64,000 nucleotides of DNA, taken from positions 1 through 64,000 of the IMG/VR virus record IMGVR_UViG_3300031994_000011; one strand, 5' to 3'. Positions within the stretch are counted from its first letter, which is position 1. Each line of letters opens with the position of its first letter. Under the pieces are notes generated by a model. It was given only the letters and a program-made list of their open reading frames with translations, was not told the origin of the DNA and did no database searches. This DNA comes from a virus. Taxonomy: Duplodnaviria; Caudoviricetes. The translations under genes were made by a program, and so were the position numbers. Shown here piece by piece: positions 23,949-37,327 of this stretch.

Positions 23949-26645
23949 ATGGCTTCAAACATCTCTGTTCCTACATATACAATTTAGCATAGTGGCGGTA
24001 AATCTTCTTGGCAAGATGGTGAGATAATTACTGCCAATTCTTTAAATAAAATGTAGAGACAAATTAAAAAAAATACAGACGGTTTTTCTAGCGTTGTACA
24101 ATATAGCACAATGCAACCCACTAATGAATATAATCAAGTATGGGTAAAAGGTGAACCATAGCAAAATAATAGAACAGTTCGTCTTGCATAGATGGACGAT
24201 GTTAATGCAGTTGATAATCGATTGCTTACATTTAAGACAGATATATAGAAATTATTATCAATAAATTAGGCCACAGAATTAAATTATAATTTTATTAACG
24301 GTAATTATGGTTTATTAGTAAAAACCGGCTCAACTAAACAAGATAGTTATTATAAAGTAACAGGATATATTGATATTTCTAATTATAAAAGAATATTATA
24401 TAGTAAATGTAAATTTTTAACTGGTAATACTATAGGTATTTGTTTTTATAATGAAAATAAAACTTTTATTCCTCCGGGAATAGCTGGTTTATCTGATACT
24501 TTAAGTGGATATATTGATGCTGATTGCGATGTTCCAGAAGGCGCGAAATATGTAAGACTTACAGCTTTAAGTTCAAATCTCTAGAATTTTTATGTAAAAG
24601 GAACTTCAATTCCAGGTGGTATATTTGATGATATACAGGAAATAAAAAATGAATTATCTTCTATTAATATTTTATTAAATAGTAAACAAGATACATTAAT
24701 ATTTGATAATGCTCCTGCATTAACAAATCATCCAGTTACTAGTCAAGGTATTAAAACAGCGATTGATTAGCAAACATCCTATTTATAGACTTTAATTGAT
24801 AGTTATACAAATAATGCTGTAAAAAATTTTGCATAGGAATATAATAATAATATGTCATATGCGCCAGGAAGCTTGGTAACTAAAAATGGAAAAATATATT
24901 TAAGCCTTCAATTTGCTGATGATTAGCATAATATTAATGATACATAGTATTGGGTGCCTATAACTATAAATGATTATTTAGAAGGCAGCTATTATGGTAA
25001 AATTTATGATATGATAAGTGATAATATTTAGAGCGCCCTTCAATATGATCTTATTCCTACAGAAGATAGTTAGAATCTATTAACTTCTGGAAGATTATAT
25101 AATGTTTTTTAGAATATTGATTCTAGATTATCACTTATTAATAGTTCATTAAATGATAAGCAAGATGAATTGACATTCGATGATGAACCAAAAAATAATA
25201 GTTTTAATCCAGTTACTAGTAATGGTATTTATGTTACAAAAAATAATATAAATAATCAAATAGAATATCTTAATAAATTATCAGAAATTTATAACAATAT
25301 ACTAGAAATTGAAAGTCCTACACAAACTAGTATTGATAGTATAAATAGAGCAATAAACTATCTTGACGGTAGTTTAGTAACAAATTCAACGTATACAGCC
25401 ACTGGTAATTTTGATATACAAAATTTTGATTATATTTATTTTAAACGTATTAAAAAAATATCAAATGATAATATACCACAAACTTTTGGTATGGCATTTT
25501 ATAATAGAAATTCTGTATACATAGAAGGTATACCAGCAGTCTTAAATCAATAGAGTTTAGGATATACTGAAATGTATTTAGCAAAAGTTCCTGCAAATGC
25601 TGTGTATGCTAGATTTACTACTTATAGTGATACAAGTACTTATGGATAGTTTGAATTAAGAGGAATACCAAAAACTTTTTTAAATCCTATCACTGAAAAT
25701 TCATCAACTATATTATCTAATTTTGCTTTATAGTATGATAGATAGGCAACATATGCGCCAGGATAGTACGTTACTTATAATAATAGTTTATGGAAATGTG
25801 AAAACTTAACTGGCAATGGATTATGGAATCAAAGTGATTGGGTTAGAGCTTCTGTAGCGGGATCACTTGAATATTAGAATAATCTTCATTCTAATATGAA
25901 TTTAGATTTATTGAATCGCATAGGTTCAGTTTCTAATTCTTTACAAGAATTTTCTGTAATAGAAAATAATAAGATAAATGATATTATTAATTTAGGGAAA
26001 GTTAAATATTGGGCTGATAACAATGATGAAACATTAAATACCAATAATTTACAAATTGTAAGAAATAATAATTATATTACAATGAATGGTTCTGATACCG
26101 AAAATTATAAATTTTCTTGTTATTCTTTTAATGACCCTATTTTCTTAATTTCTGGAGACAACAGTCGTGAAATTGGTACTTTATCTAGTCAAGATTATCC
26201 AAGAACAACTCAGCTATATAAAGATCATGAATATGCTTTTATTATTGAGTCTGTAAGTGGTTCTTTTTATCGTAATAGTACAGACTCAATTTATGATACA
26301 GCAACTTGTGTCACCGCAGTCATTTATATCTAGGGACAAGATACACCATATAGAAATGTATCAATAGAAATTAGAGATGATATCGGAGGCGGCCTTGCAT
26401 TTACATGTGCTAATAATACAAAGGCTTTAATAATTTTTAAGATTACTCATAATCAAGATGTCATATTTGATAATTATTGCTTTAGAGTTCAATTATTAGA
26501 TGTTACAAATAATTAGTTAATTAAAGAAATTTGTAGATTAAAAAGAATAGAAACAATAAATAAAAAAAATATTCAGTGGTTATATTCCTCTCTTAATGAG
26601 AACAATGGTCAACCAAAATATTCTTATAATAGAAACTTCTTATAA
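23949..26645 (+). CDS. virion/tail structural protein (~898 aa, TAG-recoded)
   Basis: AAGGAG RBS; same frame joins ORF fragments 25170 and 25896; KQDxLxFD..P....NPVTS repeats shared with the 31466 protein. Confidence 0.75.
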
Positions 26646-26743
26646 AATTTTTAAGTCAGAAAAAAATATTATATATTTCTTAAAGCACTTTTACATATTC
26701 TATGAGAGAAAAAATTTTCTCTACTAACTTTAAGGAGCATTGT

Positions 26744-27082
26744 ATGAAAGAAATTCAAGATAATATAAATCAATAGCCTTATTAGGCTATTATCTATTCT
26801 TCTAACGGAAATTCTATAAATATGCGCTCTTAGCCATCATTTTCCGGAGAAATTCTTTATATACTTTCTCCTAATACCCCTATTTTAGTAGTAAAAAAAC
26901 TAAATGAATGGTGGAGCAAAGTTTAGTATAATCAAACTTCTGGTTTTATTATGAATAAATTTCTAATCAAAAAAGACTTTGATTTGAATCTATTAACTTT
27001 GAGTAAAAAACAAAAGTTAATAGAAGCAAAAAATAAAATTCAAGAAGCTTTAGAAGCTATTTAGCTTATTTTAAATCAATAA
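26744..27082 (+). CDS. SH3b-like domain protein (TAG-recoded)
   Basis: INMRS*PS...EWWSKV*YNQTSGFIMNKFL. Confidence 0.65.
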
Positions 27083-27109
27083 TGGCCGAGCCAGAAAGAG
27101 GGTAAGTAA

Positions 27110-27505
27110 ATGTATAATGATTATAATTATAACAGAACAGGTTGGAATTGGAATGGATATAATAACATGAACCAAATGTATTCTAATTCTGCTCCACATT
27201 ATGAAATTGTAAAAGTTAACGGTATTGAAGGAGCTAAGACTTTTCAAATGGCGCCAAATAGCAGTCTTTTTCTAGCAGACGCTACTAATCCTAATTTAAT
27301 TTGGCTAGTTCAAACCGATGGCGCCGGGTATCAAACTGCAACACCATTAGATGTGGCTATTCATCAAGAAAAACCGTTACCTGATGTATCTACTTTAGAA
27401 AAACGTATACAATAGTTGGAGGAAAAATATGAGCAACTCAATATTGGATTTAGTAAACAGCCAGAGAAATAGCCAATCGTTGCAGCAAGGAATGCAGATG
27501 GTTAA
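27110..27505 (+). CDS. hypothetical protein of conserved gut-phage cassette (TAG-recoded)
   Basis: KVNGIEGAKTFQMAPNSS...QTDGAGY; reads through TAG to TAA 27505. Confidence 0.7.
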
Positions 27506-27701
27506 GAACTTAATGGCGCAAATGAAAAATAGTCAAAATCCGCAAGCAATATTTCAAAACATTGCGAGACAAAATCCTAACTTTAATAATGTTTTGAATG
27601 CTATACAAATGAGCAATTTATCTTCTCAACAATTTGCTTAGAGAATGGCTCAATAGAAAGGCATTGATTTAAACTCTCTAATTAAGTAGCTTCAAAGATA
27701 A
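27429..27701 (+). CDS. small Gln/Asn/Met-rich protein (TAG-recoded)
   Basis: Open to TAA 27701; ends KGIDL. Confidence 0.65.
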
Positions 27702-27761
27702 GAAATTTATAAATGCCAATATGGCATTTAATATAAATTTTTTAAAAAGGAGGTCGTCAAT

Positions 27762-28394
27762 ATGGACGGAGGACTTTCTGCTGCAGATGTCGCTTTATTA
27801 AATAATGATGGAATGAATGGTAATGGTTGGGGCGGAATGATTTGGCTATTCGCTATTCTCGCTATGATGGGTGGCGGATTTGGTTGGAATGGCAATGGAA
27901 ACAATTCTAATGCTATTCAGGCTGACGTAAATCGTGGATTTGATAATCAAAATCTACAAGCTCAGACTCGTGATATTCTTGCTGCTGTCACTAGTGGTAC
28001 AGCACAAAATGTTGCGGCCGCAAATCAAGTATATCATGATGTTGTTGGTTATGTTGGAGACAAGTATTCTGAACTTCAACGTGATGTAGCCGCATTAGCA
28101 GTTGGTCAAGCAAATATGCTTGCTAATCAAAATCAGTGTTGTTGTAATACTCAACAACTAATCAATCAGATTAACTATGAAGCCGCCATGCGTGATGCTG
28201 CTACCAATGCTAATATTGTAGCCCAGAATCAGCGTGTGCTTGATGCTATTACCGGAAATAAGATGGACGCTATGCAGAATCGTATCAATCAACTTGAATT
28301 ACAAAATCAATTACAAGGAGTAGTACGTTATCCGCAAGGTTGGACTTATAATGCTGGTGCGGCTCCTTTCTGCGCTGGATGCGGTTGTATGTAA
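27762..28394 (+). CDS. Gly-rich, coiled-coil, Cys-tailed protein of conserved gut-phage cassette
   Basis: AGGAGG RBS, hydrophobic GWGGMIWLFAILAMMGGG segment, QCCC motif; TAG-free; terminator ~28424-28458. Confidence 0.8.
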   Translation: MDGGLSAADVALLNNDGMNGNGWGGMIWLFAILAMMGGGFGWNGNGNNSNAIQADVNRGFDNQNLQAQTRDILAAVTSGTAQNVAAANQVYHDVVGYVGDKYSELQRDVAALAVGQANMLANQNQCCCNTQQLINQINYEAAMRDAATNANIVAQNQRVLDAITGNKMDAMQNRINQLELQNQLQGVVRYPQGWTYNAGAAPFCAGCGCM

Positions 28395-28476
28395 TTTAGA
28401 GCGTATTTAGTACGCCATATATAAGGGACGTACGGAAGTACGTCCCTCTTTTTTTTTGTTATAAGGAGAAAAAAAT

Positions 28477-28788
28477 ATGAAGATTATAGAAGAACTATCC
28501 GACAAAATTACAGGCGAAATTGAATGCGCCGAAAATTATGCTAGGTGTGCGCTTCAATATAAGTAGTAGAGACCATAGTTAGGTGAAGTATTTTACCGTA
28601 TAGCTAATGAAAAAATTGCTCATATGGGATTACTTCATACTCAGGTGGTAGCAATAATAGATGAATATAAAAAGAACAAAGGAGAGCCACCAGAAGGAAT
28701 GAAAACTTTATATAACATTTTACACCGTAAGCATATGGAACATGCTGCGGCTGTAAAAGGAATGTTGGCTTTATATAAATAGTTTTAA
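28477..28788 (+). CDS. ferritin-like four-helix protein (TAG-recoded)
   Basis: EIECAENY...IANEKIAHM pattern; AAGGAG RBS. Confidence 0.6.
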
Positions 28789-28804
28789 TAAGGAGGAATA
28801 AATT

Positions 28805-29218
28805 ATGTTACAAGCATATAGTTCTAATCTTGATATAACCGCTAATGCAGCATATCCATTTAATAACATTACAGTAAATAAGGGGTGCGCCGAAACTTTA
28901 TCCGCGCCCGCAACTATACAACTAAATCAACGTGGGGTATATTTAGTAGAAGTAGATGGCTATGGAACTGGCGCTGAGATTGCTGATGGTACTACTCAAT
29001 TAGTAGTAAATGGAGTAGCTCAACCACAAGCAATTAGCTCTTATAGTGTCGCTGCGGTCGGAAATATTGTTAATTTTGGTTTTAAAACGTTTGTTCAAGT
29101 CACTGAAAATAACTGTCCTTGTAATTGTGTATCCAGCCCTACCACTCTTCAAGTAATTAACGGTGAGACTGATTTAACTGCCGCGCATATCAATATAGTA
29201 GTTACTAAAATTCGTTAA
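28805..29218 (+). CDS. BclA C-terminal/TNF-like beta-sandwich protein
   Basis: IQLNQRGVYLV...NIVVTKI pattern; TAG-free. Confidence 0.6.
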   Translation: MLQAYSSNLDITANAAYPFNNITVNKGCAETLSAPATIQLNQRGVYLVEVDGYGTGAEIADGTTQLVVNGVAQPQAISSYSVAAVGNIVNFGFKTFVQVTENNCPCNCVSSPTTLQVINGETDLTAAHINIVVTKIR

Positions 29219-29220
29219 TT

Positions 29221-29778
29221 ATGACAGTAGAAGAAATTTTTTCTAAAATTTCTACGCATATGGCGCGCGGAATTAGAATGCACAATCATATGGCTTTATT
29301 ATTTGGTTTTCTAAATCTTTATGGTTATCAGAAATATCAAGAATATCATTATTATGAAGAAATTTGTAACTATAAATAGTTACAGAACTTCTTTCTTTCT
29401 CATTATAAAAAAATTATAATTGAAGATTTAATAGTAGATGTAAAAGTTATTCCATAGAGTTGGTATAAATATAGTAAAAATGATGTAGATTCTACTAATA
29501 GATACTCTGCTATTAAAGATATAATGAAAATTTGGATAAAATGGTAGCAAGATACCAAAAAGTTATTAGAAGATAGTTATAAATAGCTATAGCAATTAGG
29601 ATAGATACATGCAATGTTAAAAATTAGTTAGTATATTAAATAGGTATGTGAATAGCTTCAATAGGCAGAATAGAAGCAAATTAGTTTTGAAATAACCTCA
29701 TATGATATGGTTTCTATTATTGAAGAACAATAGCATTTCTATAAAAAATATTCTAAAAAAATTAAATAGATTTTTTAA
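29221..29778 (+). CDS. ferritin-like protein (TAG-rich)
   Basis: HM..G...H, GY...QEYHYYEE, W*QDTK; followed by terminator ~29783. Confidence 0.6.
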
Positions 29779-29832
29779 TATTGGACGGTGTAAAAACCGT
29801 CCTTTTATTTTTTAGTAATAAAAGGTGATAGT

Positions 29833-31155
29833 ATGAATAACGCCGATTATATTTGGAAATGGCTCTTTAATAAAATTAAAAATAATTATGGCGTTGCTGG
29901 TCTAATGGGAAATTTATTAGCAGAGTCTAGTTTAAATCCTGAAAATCTTCAAAATAGTTATGAAAAAGCTTTAGGAATGTCAGATCAAGAATATACTAAT
30001 GCTGTTGATAATGGAACCTATACTAAAGATTAGTTTTGTAATGATAGCGCAGGATACGGTCTTGCTCAATGGACGCATAAAGATAGAAAAAAGGGTCTTT
30101 ATGCCGCCGCAAAAAATGCGGGAACAAGTATCGGCAATCTTGATATGCAGTTAAATTATTTATGGAAAGAATTAGGACAATATAAATCTGTTATGAATAC
30201 TCTTTTAACCGCAAAAAGTGTTAGAGAAGCATCTGACGCAGTGATGTTAAAGTATTAGATACCAGCAGATACAAGTGAAAAAAATTGTATAAATCGCGCA
30301 AATTTAGGCCAAAAATATTATAATCAATATGTTGAAAAACAATAGATAAAAAATGAGAAAGCCGAAAGAATTATTTATCTAGCTAAAGCACATATTGGCT
30401 GTTCATATGTATATGGTGCTTTAGGGAAGGCACAAGATGGTAAAGATTCTGAATAGATAAATTTAACAAGAGTTTTTGATTGTAGAGGCTTTACATATTG
30501 GCTTTTAAAGCAAGTTGGTATAAAAATTTCTACTGTTGGCGCGACTACGCAATATAATACAAAATCAGACTGGGTGGAACAAGGCAAAATAAATGCTATG
30601 CCAAATGTAGTATGCCCTGTATTTAAATATAATTCTTCTGATGGTAAAATGTCACATACCGGTATGCATCTTGGTGATGGTATAATATTACATTGTACAA
30701 CAAATGGCGGCGTCAAATATGGTAGTATAGCAGATACATCTTGGACACATTATGCCATTCCTAAGGGATTATATACAACAGAAGAATTAAAACAAGCAGG
30801 ACAGGTGATTTTAATGACCACTTTAAGATTAGGCAGTAGTGGAGATTCAGTAAAAAAATTACAAACTTGGTTAAATGAACTAGGATATAACACCGGTACG
30901 CCGGATGGTAAATTTGGAGCAATGACAAAAGTTGCTGTTATGGCTTTTCAATCTGATCATAATTTAGCGGTAGATGGTATCGTTGGCGCGCAAACTTGGT
31001 CTACTTTAGAAAGTTTAATACAAAAGAAGTAGCCTGAAGAACAAGAGGACGAATAGGAAAAAGAAGATAAGGATGAAGATGAAGATATGATTCTTATTCC
31101 TCGTTCTACTGCGAAAAAAATTTATGACTTGCTTGCTCCATATTTTAATATTTGA
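29833..31155 (+). CDS. endolysin/cell-wall hydrolase: phage-tail-lysozyme domain + NlpC/P60-like domain + PG-binding domain (TAG-recoded)
   Basis: AGLMGNLLAESSL, GYGLAQWT, Y*IPA; FDCRGF...SHTG..H; LRLGSSG..VKKLQ...DGKFG..T..AV..FQ...VDGIVG. Confidence 0.85.
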
Positions 31156-31209
31156 CTTTTATCAAATTTTTTGATATAATAATTATATAAAAAAGAAAAG
31201 GAGCGTCTT

Positions 31210-31413
31210 ATGAGATATTACGACGACGAAGAAGAATATTATGAAGAGTCTCAGCCAGAAGAAGACTCTTTTGTAGAAGAGGAATATGGCTGTGCTTTTT
31301 GCTGGGACAAAAAGAAAAATCGTGAATTTGAGCTTTATTTCTTTGATCGCGCAAATAACCTGCGCGTATGTCGTTATTGTCCAAATTGTGGCAGACAATA
31401 TGAACAAAATTAA
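31210..31413 (+). CDS. small acidic zinc-ribbon protein
   Basis: Own sigma-A promoter and terminator; CAFC...CPNCG. Confidence 0.65.
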   Translation: MRYYDDEEEYYEESQPEEDSFVEEEYGCAFCWDKKKNREFELYFFDRANNLRVCRYCPNCGRQYEQN

Positions 31414-31465
31414 CAGCAGCGGGAAACCGCTGCTTTTATTATTTAAGAAGGGAGGTTAGCAAGAT

Positions 31466-34400
31466 ATGATTAGATTAGTTCAACGTAAACTAATCCTTCC
31501 TCGTGGAGATACTGGTTCTTTTACTATACCAGTATTACCTGACTTTAATGTGGGGGATGTTGCAGTATTTGCGATTTTTAACCCGTTAAATAAAACAATT
31601 GTATTTAAAAAATAGGTTGAAATAGCAGATAATAAAATTACTATTCAATTCTCTCATAATGATACTGTTAATTTACCTGCTGGTAAATATTTATGGGACA
31701 TAAAAGCTTATCTAAACCCCGAGTATGTTGATGATAAATTAGTTAATGGAGATTAGATAGATTCTTACTATGCTAGTTATAAATTACCTGAGTGCTAGAT
31801 TAGAGAAACTGCTGATGATTATTTAATGGCAGATGACGCGCCAACTTCAACTTTATCTCCAAATCAATTAGATTTATTAAGTGCAATTTTGGTAGAATTA
31901 AGAGATGCTGTTCAGAAAAGTTAGGAAAATGTTACTCATTATCCTACTATTATAGATAACTATTGGCATATTTGGGATGCTAATACTGGAGAGTATGTTA
32001 ATACGAATGTTATGTCTGGCGGAGTGGTAGTTAAAGGAACTGGTGTTGGATCGGCAAAAACTATTGATTTTTCTTATGAAGCTGGTGGAGTTCAACATAA
32101 CGCTACTCAAACAGCCTCTGGCGCCGGGTCTTTCTCTGAAGGAATAAATACAATTGCTAGCGGTATAGGTGCTCATGCTTAGGGCAATACAAGTGAAGCT
32201 TCTGGAATTAACGCACATGCTGAAGGGTCAGGAACAAAAGCAACTAATTATGATACGCATGCTGAAGGATATTATACACAAGCAACTGGTCCATTAAGTC
32301 ATGCCGAAGGGAGCACAACCGTTGCTAGTGGTAACGATTCACATGCTGAAGGCAGTATAACTGTTGCTTCTGGCAATCATTCACATGCTGAAGGTGATAG
32401 AACAACAGCTTCTGGCGATGTATCACACGCTGAAGGTATTTTTTCAACAGCTTCCGGAAATTACTCTCACGCAGAAAATTATCAGGGTGAAGCTTCTGGA
32501 GAAAATTCTCATGCTGAAGGATATATTTCAAAAGCTACTAAAAATTCTGCTCATGCTGAAGGTTATAGAACTGAAGCAAAAGGCAATTATTCTCACTCTG
32601 AAGGTTATGAAACTGTAGTTACTGGTGAAGCGGCCCATGCTGAAGGACATCAAGCTTCTGCAAGTAAAGCTAGCGCCCACGCTGAAGGTTATCATACTCA
32701 AGCTACTAATAATAATACACATGCTTAGGGATATTTTACTGTTGCTAGTGGATTAAATTCACATGCTTAGGGAGAATTTACAAATGCTGTTGGAAAAGAT
32801 AGCCATGCTGAAGGATATTATACTTATGCTAATGGAATAAATAGCCATTCAGAAGGATACGCGACGTGGGTAAATGGAGATTATTCTCATGCTGGTGGAT
32901 ATTATACAATTGCTTCGGGTAATAATCAATATGTAAGTGGTAAATATAATATAGAAGATTTAAATAATTTATACGCTGTTATTGTTGGTATTGGTACATA
33001 TAACAATAATAGATTAAATGGTTACACGTTGGATTGGAGCGGTAATGGTTGGTATGCAGGAAAAGTGTCTGTAACTGATACTACTCCTGTACTTAATACT
33101 GATTTAACATCTAAATTATACGTAGATACAATGCTTGCCTTAAAAGCAGATATTCAAGATATACCTGATATTTCTGGCAAAGCAGATAAGGTGTCTAATG
33201 CCACAAGTGGAAACTTTGCTAGCCTTGATGCTAATGGTAATTTAATCGATAGCGGTCATAAACATTCTGATTATCTTACTGAGCATCAAGATATTAGTGG
33301 AAAACAAGATAAACTTACATTTGATGCTATACCTACACAATCAAGTAATAATCCCGTAACAAGCGGCGGAATTAAAAGTGCGCTCAGTGGCCTTGAATGG
33401 TCATTATCTGAAAGAGCTAATATGATTGATGATAGAGTCGATGATTTACAAAATGATATTGCTGGACATACAATGGATATAGCTTTGTTAGAATCTAATA
33501 TAACTAGTCTTGAAACTAATAAACAAGATAAATTAACATTTGATATTACTCCTAGAGCCTATAGCAATAATCCCGTTACTAGCGGTGGTATATATAATGC
33601 AATAACAAATATTAAAACAATGCAAATTCATATTTGCACTAATGAAGAATATAATTCTTAGACTGGTATTCCAATTATTAACTCTCCAGATACAAAAACA
33701 TTTTATTTAGTGCCTGGAGGAGAAGGAAATAATTTATATATTGAATGGGTATATATTAATAATACATGGGAACAATTTGGTAGCGCAACTATAGATTTAA
33801 GTGATTATGCTATAAAAAATGAAATACCTGAAATGATATTTGCCCCTCAGCCACTTATCGTAACTGTTCTTAATGGAGAACGAGCGATTAGATATAATAC
33901 TGGTGAATTATATAATAGTTCTGCTTATAACGCTAGTGATTATGTTGATTTGTCTGGTATATATGCTATTCGTTATAAACGTACAAAAACAACCGCTTCG
34001 TCTTCTGCTATTGGAATTGCATTTTATGATACTTCAAAAACTTATGCTAATTCTGGAGTACAAGTAGTTCTTAATTAGAAAGCTTTTGGTTATGCTGGAT
34101 TCTATGATGTTATTGTACCAGAAGGTGCAGCATATGTACGATTTACAATGATTGCTGATACATAGACTTATGGTGATTTTGAAGCGTATGGGTTAAGAAA
34201 AACTCTTACATTTGATAATACACCAACTGCTAATAGTACAAATCCAGTTACTAGTGGTGGCGTATATAGGGCTATTACAAATATAAAAACAATGGGTATA
34301 CATATTTGTACAAGTTAGGAATATAATTCATAGACGGGTATTCCAACAGTAGCCTCCCCCGATACTAAAACATTCTATCTTGTTCCTGGTGGAGAAGGAA

Positions 34401-37327
34401 GTAATTTATATATTGAATGGGTTTATGTTAATAATGCTTGGTAGCAATTTGGTAGCGCGACTATAGATTTAAGCGGCTATGCGCTATTGTCTGATATTCC
34501 TTCAAATGTAAGTGAATTTACAAATGATGCTGGATATCTTACTTAGCATCAAGATATTTCAGGTAAGGCAGATAAATCAGATACAGTTCTTAATACTACA
34601 TTATCTAGAGGAAGAAAAGCTAATACCACTATTGGAGAAGGTTCTTTTGCTTTTGGAATAGATACAACAGCAAGTGGAGCATATTCACATGCATAGGGAA
34701 ATAACACATCGGCTGCCAGAGACTATTCACATGCAGAAGGCTTTAATACAAAAGCTCATGGATATTATTCTCATGCAGAGGGTCATGGCTCAATAGCATC
34801 TAATACTTGTTCTCATGCTGAGGGCTCCGGCACAATAGCATCTGCTATTTGTTCTCATGCTGAAGGCTAGAGTACAACAGCTAGTGAAGCCGGTTCACAT
34901 GCTGAAGGTACAAATACAGTAGCTTCTGGTAATTATTCTCATGCTGAAGGTGGAAGTACAGTAGCATCTGGATTGGTATCACATGCAGAAGGTGGCACCA
35001 CAACAGCATCTGGAGACGGCTCTCATGCAGAAGGTACATATACAGTAGCTTCTGGAGTTTGCTCACATGCTGAAGGAACGAATACAGTAGCAACTGGTTA
35101 TATACAACATGTTAGTGGAAAATATAATATTTAGGATTTAAATAATAAGTATGCTGAAATTGTTGGTATTGGTACATATGATAACGCTAGAGCTAATGGC
35201 CGCACATTAGATTGGAATGGTAACGCATAGTATGCTGGTAAAGTAAGTGTTGGAAATACCATTCCTACAAAAAATAATGATTTAACTTCAAAAGCCTACG
35301 TTGATTCTGTAGTTCCAACAAATGTGTCCGATCTGTCGAATGACGTTGGATACATTACAGATGAAGATTTTATTCCCGAACAGCTTACGGCGATGGTTTC
35401 AGCAGAAGAGAAATTTATCGCGTATACAACAGGTAGCACAAATACAGCATCTTACTACAATGCGTCTGAGTTTGTAGATGTTTCGGATTGGTATGCCATA
35501 AGGTATAAACGTGCAAAGTCAACCGTGTCAACAACTACGGTCGGCATGGCATTTTACGATGATACGCAAACCTTTATCCCTGATTCTGGTGTGCAGAATG
35601 TCATCGGTGACGCTGTTGGTTATGCCGGGATGTATGATGTTATCGTTCCACAGGGCGCAAAGTATGCGCGGTTTTCTATCCTGTCCGACACAGCAACATA
35701 TGGGATATTTGAACTGTATGGCATTAGTCGGGAAGTGTACGAACTTGGATTGAAAGTTGATAAGGTCGTTGGTGCTGTCTCCGGTAATTTCGCCGCACTT
35801 GATTCAAACGGAAATCTGGCTGATAGTGGGGTAAAGGCAAGCGACTATTTGACAAAAGCTGAATATACGATTGATTCGTCTCTTGATTCACTGTCGGATA
35901 ATCCGGTAAAAAACAAAACCATAACTGCAGAAACACAGGGAATCCGAAGTGTTATTCTTTCTGGTTATGCTCCTGCTGAGTCACCGGCATTTGAATCAGG
36001 CAACTGGAAAACTTCGGACGGTTCGTCCGGTACGAATCCAAAGCGCATTCGTCAAACAAAGGCAACTCAGATAAATTCGCTTAATTATTATATTCGTGCT
36101 GAAGATGGTGTGCTTATTGTTCCATACTATTATAATGGTGATACATTTATCGGGTATGGACCAGAATGGCGGTCTGAATATTATGTTGCTGTTGATGCTT
36201 TAACTGGAGCTACCGGATTTAGACTGCTTGTAAGAACAGACCCGGAAGTTGATCTATCCGAATCGGTGCAGGAAACCGTGGCAAAGGTACATTTTTATCG
36301 TGAAAACAAGATTGATAAAGTAAGTGGTGCGACCGCTGGAAATTTTGCTGCTCTTGATGCGAGTGGAAGTTTAATAGATAGCGGGAACAAAGCAAGCGAT
36401 TTTGTAACGGATGTACAAGTCAATGGAACAAGTGTGTTGAACAATGGTATAGCTAATATACCTAAAGCTTCTTCTTCTGGCTTCGGTGTAATAAAAGCTG
36501 GCGGAGCTTTAAGGTCTGGGGCTGAAATTACCGGCGGAAATGCTGATGTAATGTACGTTCAATCAACAACAATAAATGGAACAAGATTAGGTACATCTGA
36601 CACTTTTCCTATTACTCCATCTGTTGAACATTCTGCCACATTTTACGGCCTTGCCAAAGCCGCAGGGGACGCCACACAGGCCACTTCAGAAAATGCCGTG
36701 GGTACATATACGGATGACGCAAAAGCATCAATCAGGACGATGCTCGGAGCAGTCGGAAATGCGAATTATGCGACATCATCAACTGGTGGCGTAGTAAAAA
36801 TAGATATAGCTAATGGATTATATATTAGTCCTGCCGGACAACTATATGTCAATCGTGCAAATGATGCACAAGTTAAAACGTCCTCTTCTGATACAAGAGC
36901 AATTACGCCAACCATTCAACATTCTTCTACTTTCTATGGACTGGCTAAAGCGGCGGGAGATACTACGCAATCAAGTTCAAGCAACGCTGTAGGAAGTTAT
37001 ACAACAGAAGCAAAAGCAGCAATACAAACAATGTTAGGAGTTGAATCTGGCGTATCTTTCGTAGAAACCATTTCTGGTACAGATGTTACTATTCCTGGTA
37101 TTCCAAATACTAGATATGTTTGTGGTGAGGTTAGCACAATTTCTATTACTCCACCATCTGCAGGAACCATCATTGTTCGCTTTACTAGCGGAACTACGGC
37201 AGCAGTATTAACATTACCTTCTACAGTTAAAATGCCCGACTGGTGGAATGGCGTTTCTACTAATTATATCTATTAGATTTGTATTTAGGATGGTGTGTAT
37301 GGGAGCGTGATGGCATGGCCAGTTTAA
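31466..37327 (+). CDS. giant tail fibre/adhesin (~1953 aa, TAG-recoded) with two blocks of 14-aa SHAEG (YadA-head-like) repeats
   Basis: GGAGG RBS; same frame as ORF fragments 33029, 33710 and 35324; repeat blocks ~32120-32920 and ~34640-35100; internal duplications. Confidence 0.8.
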
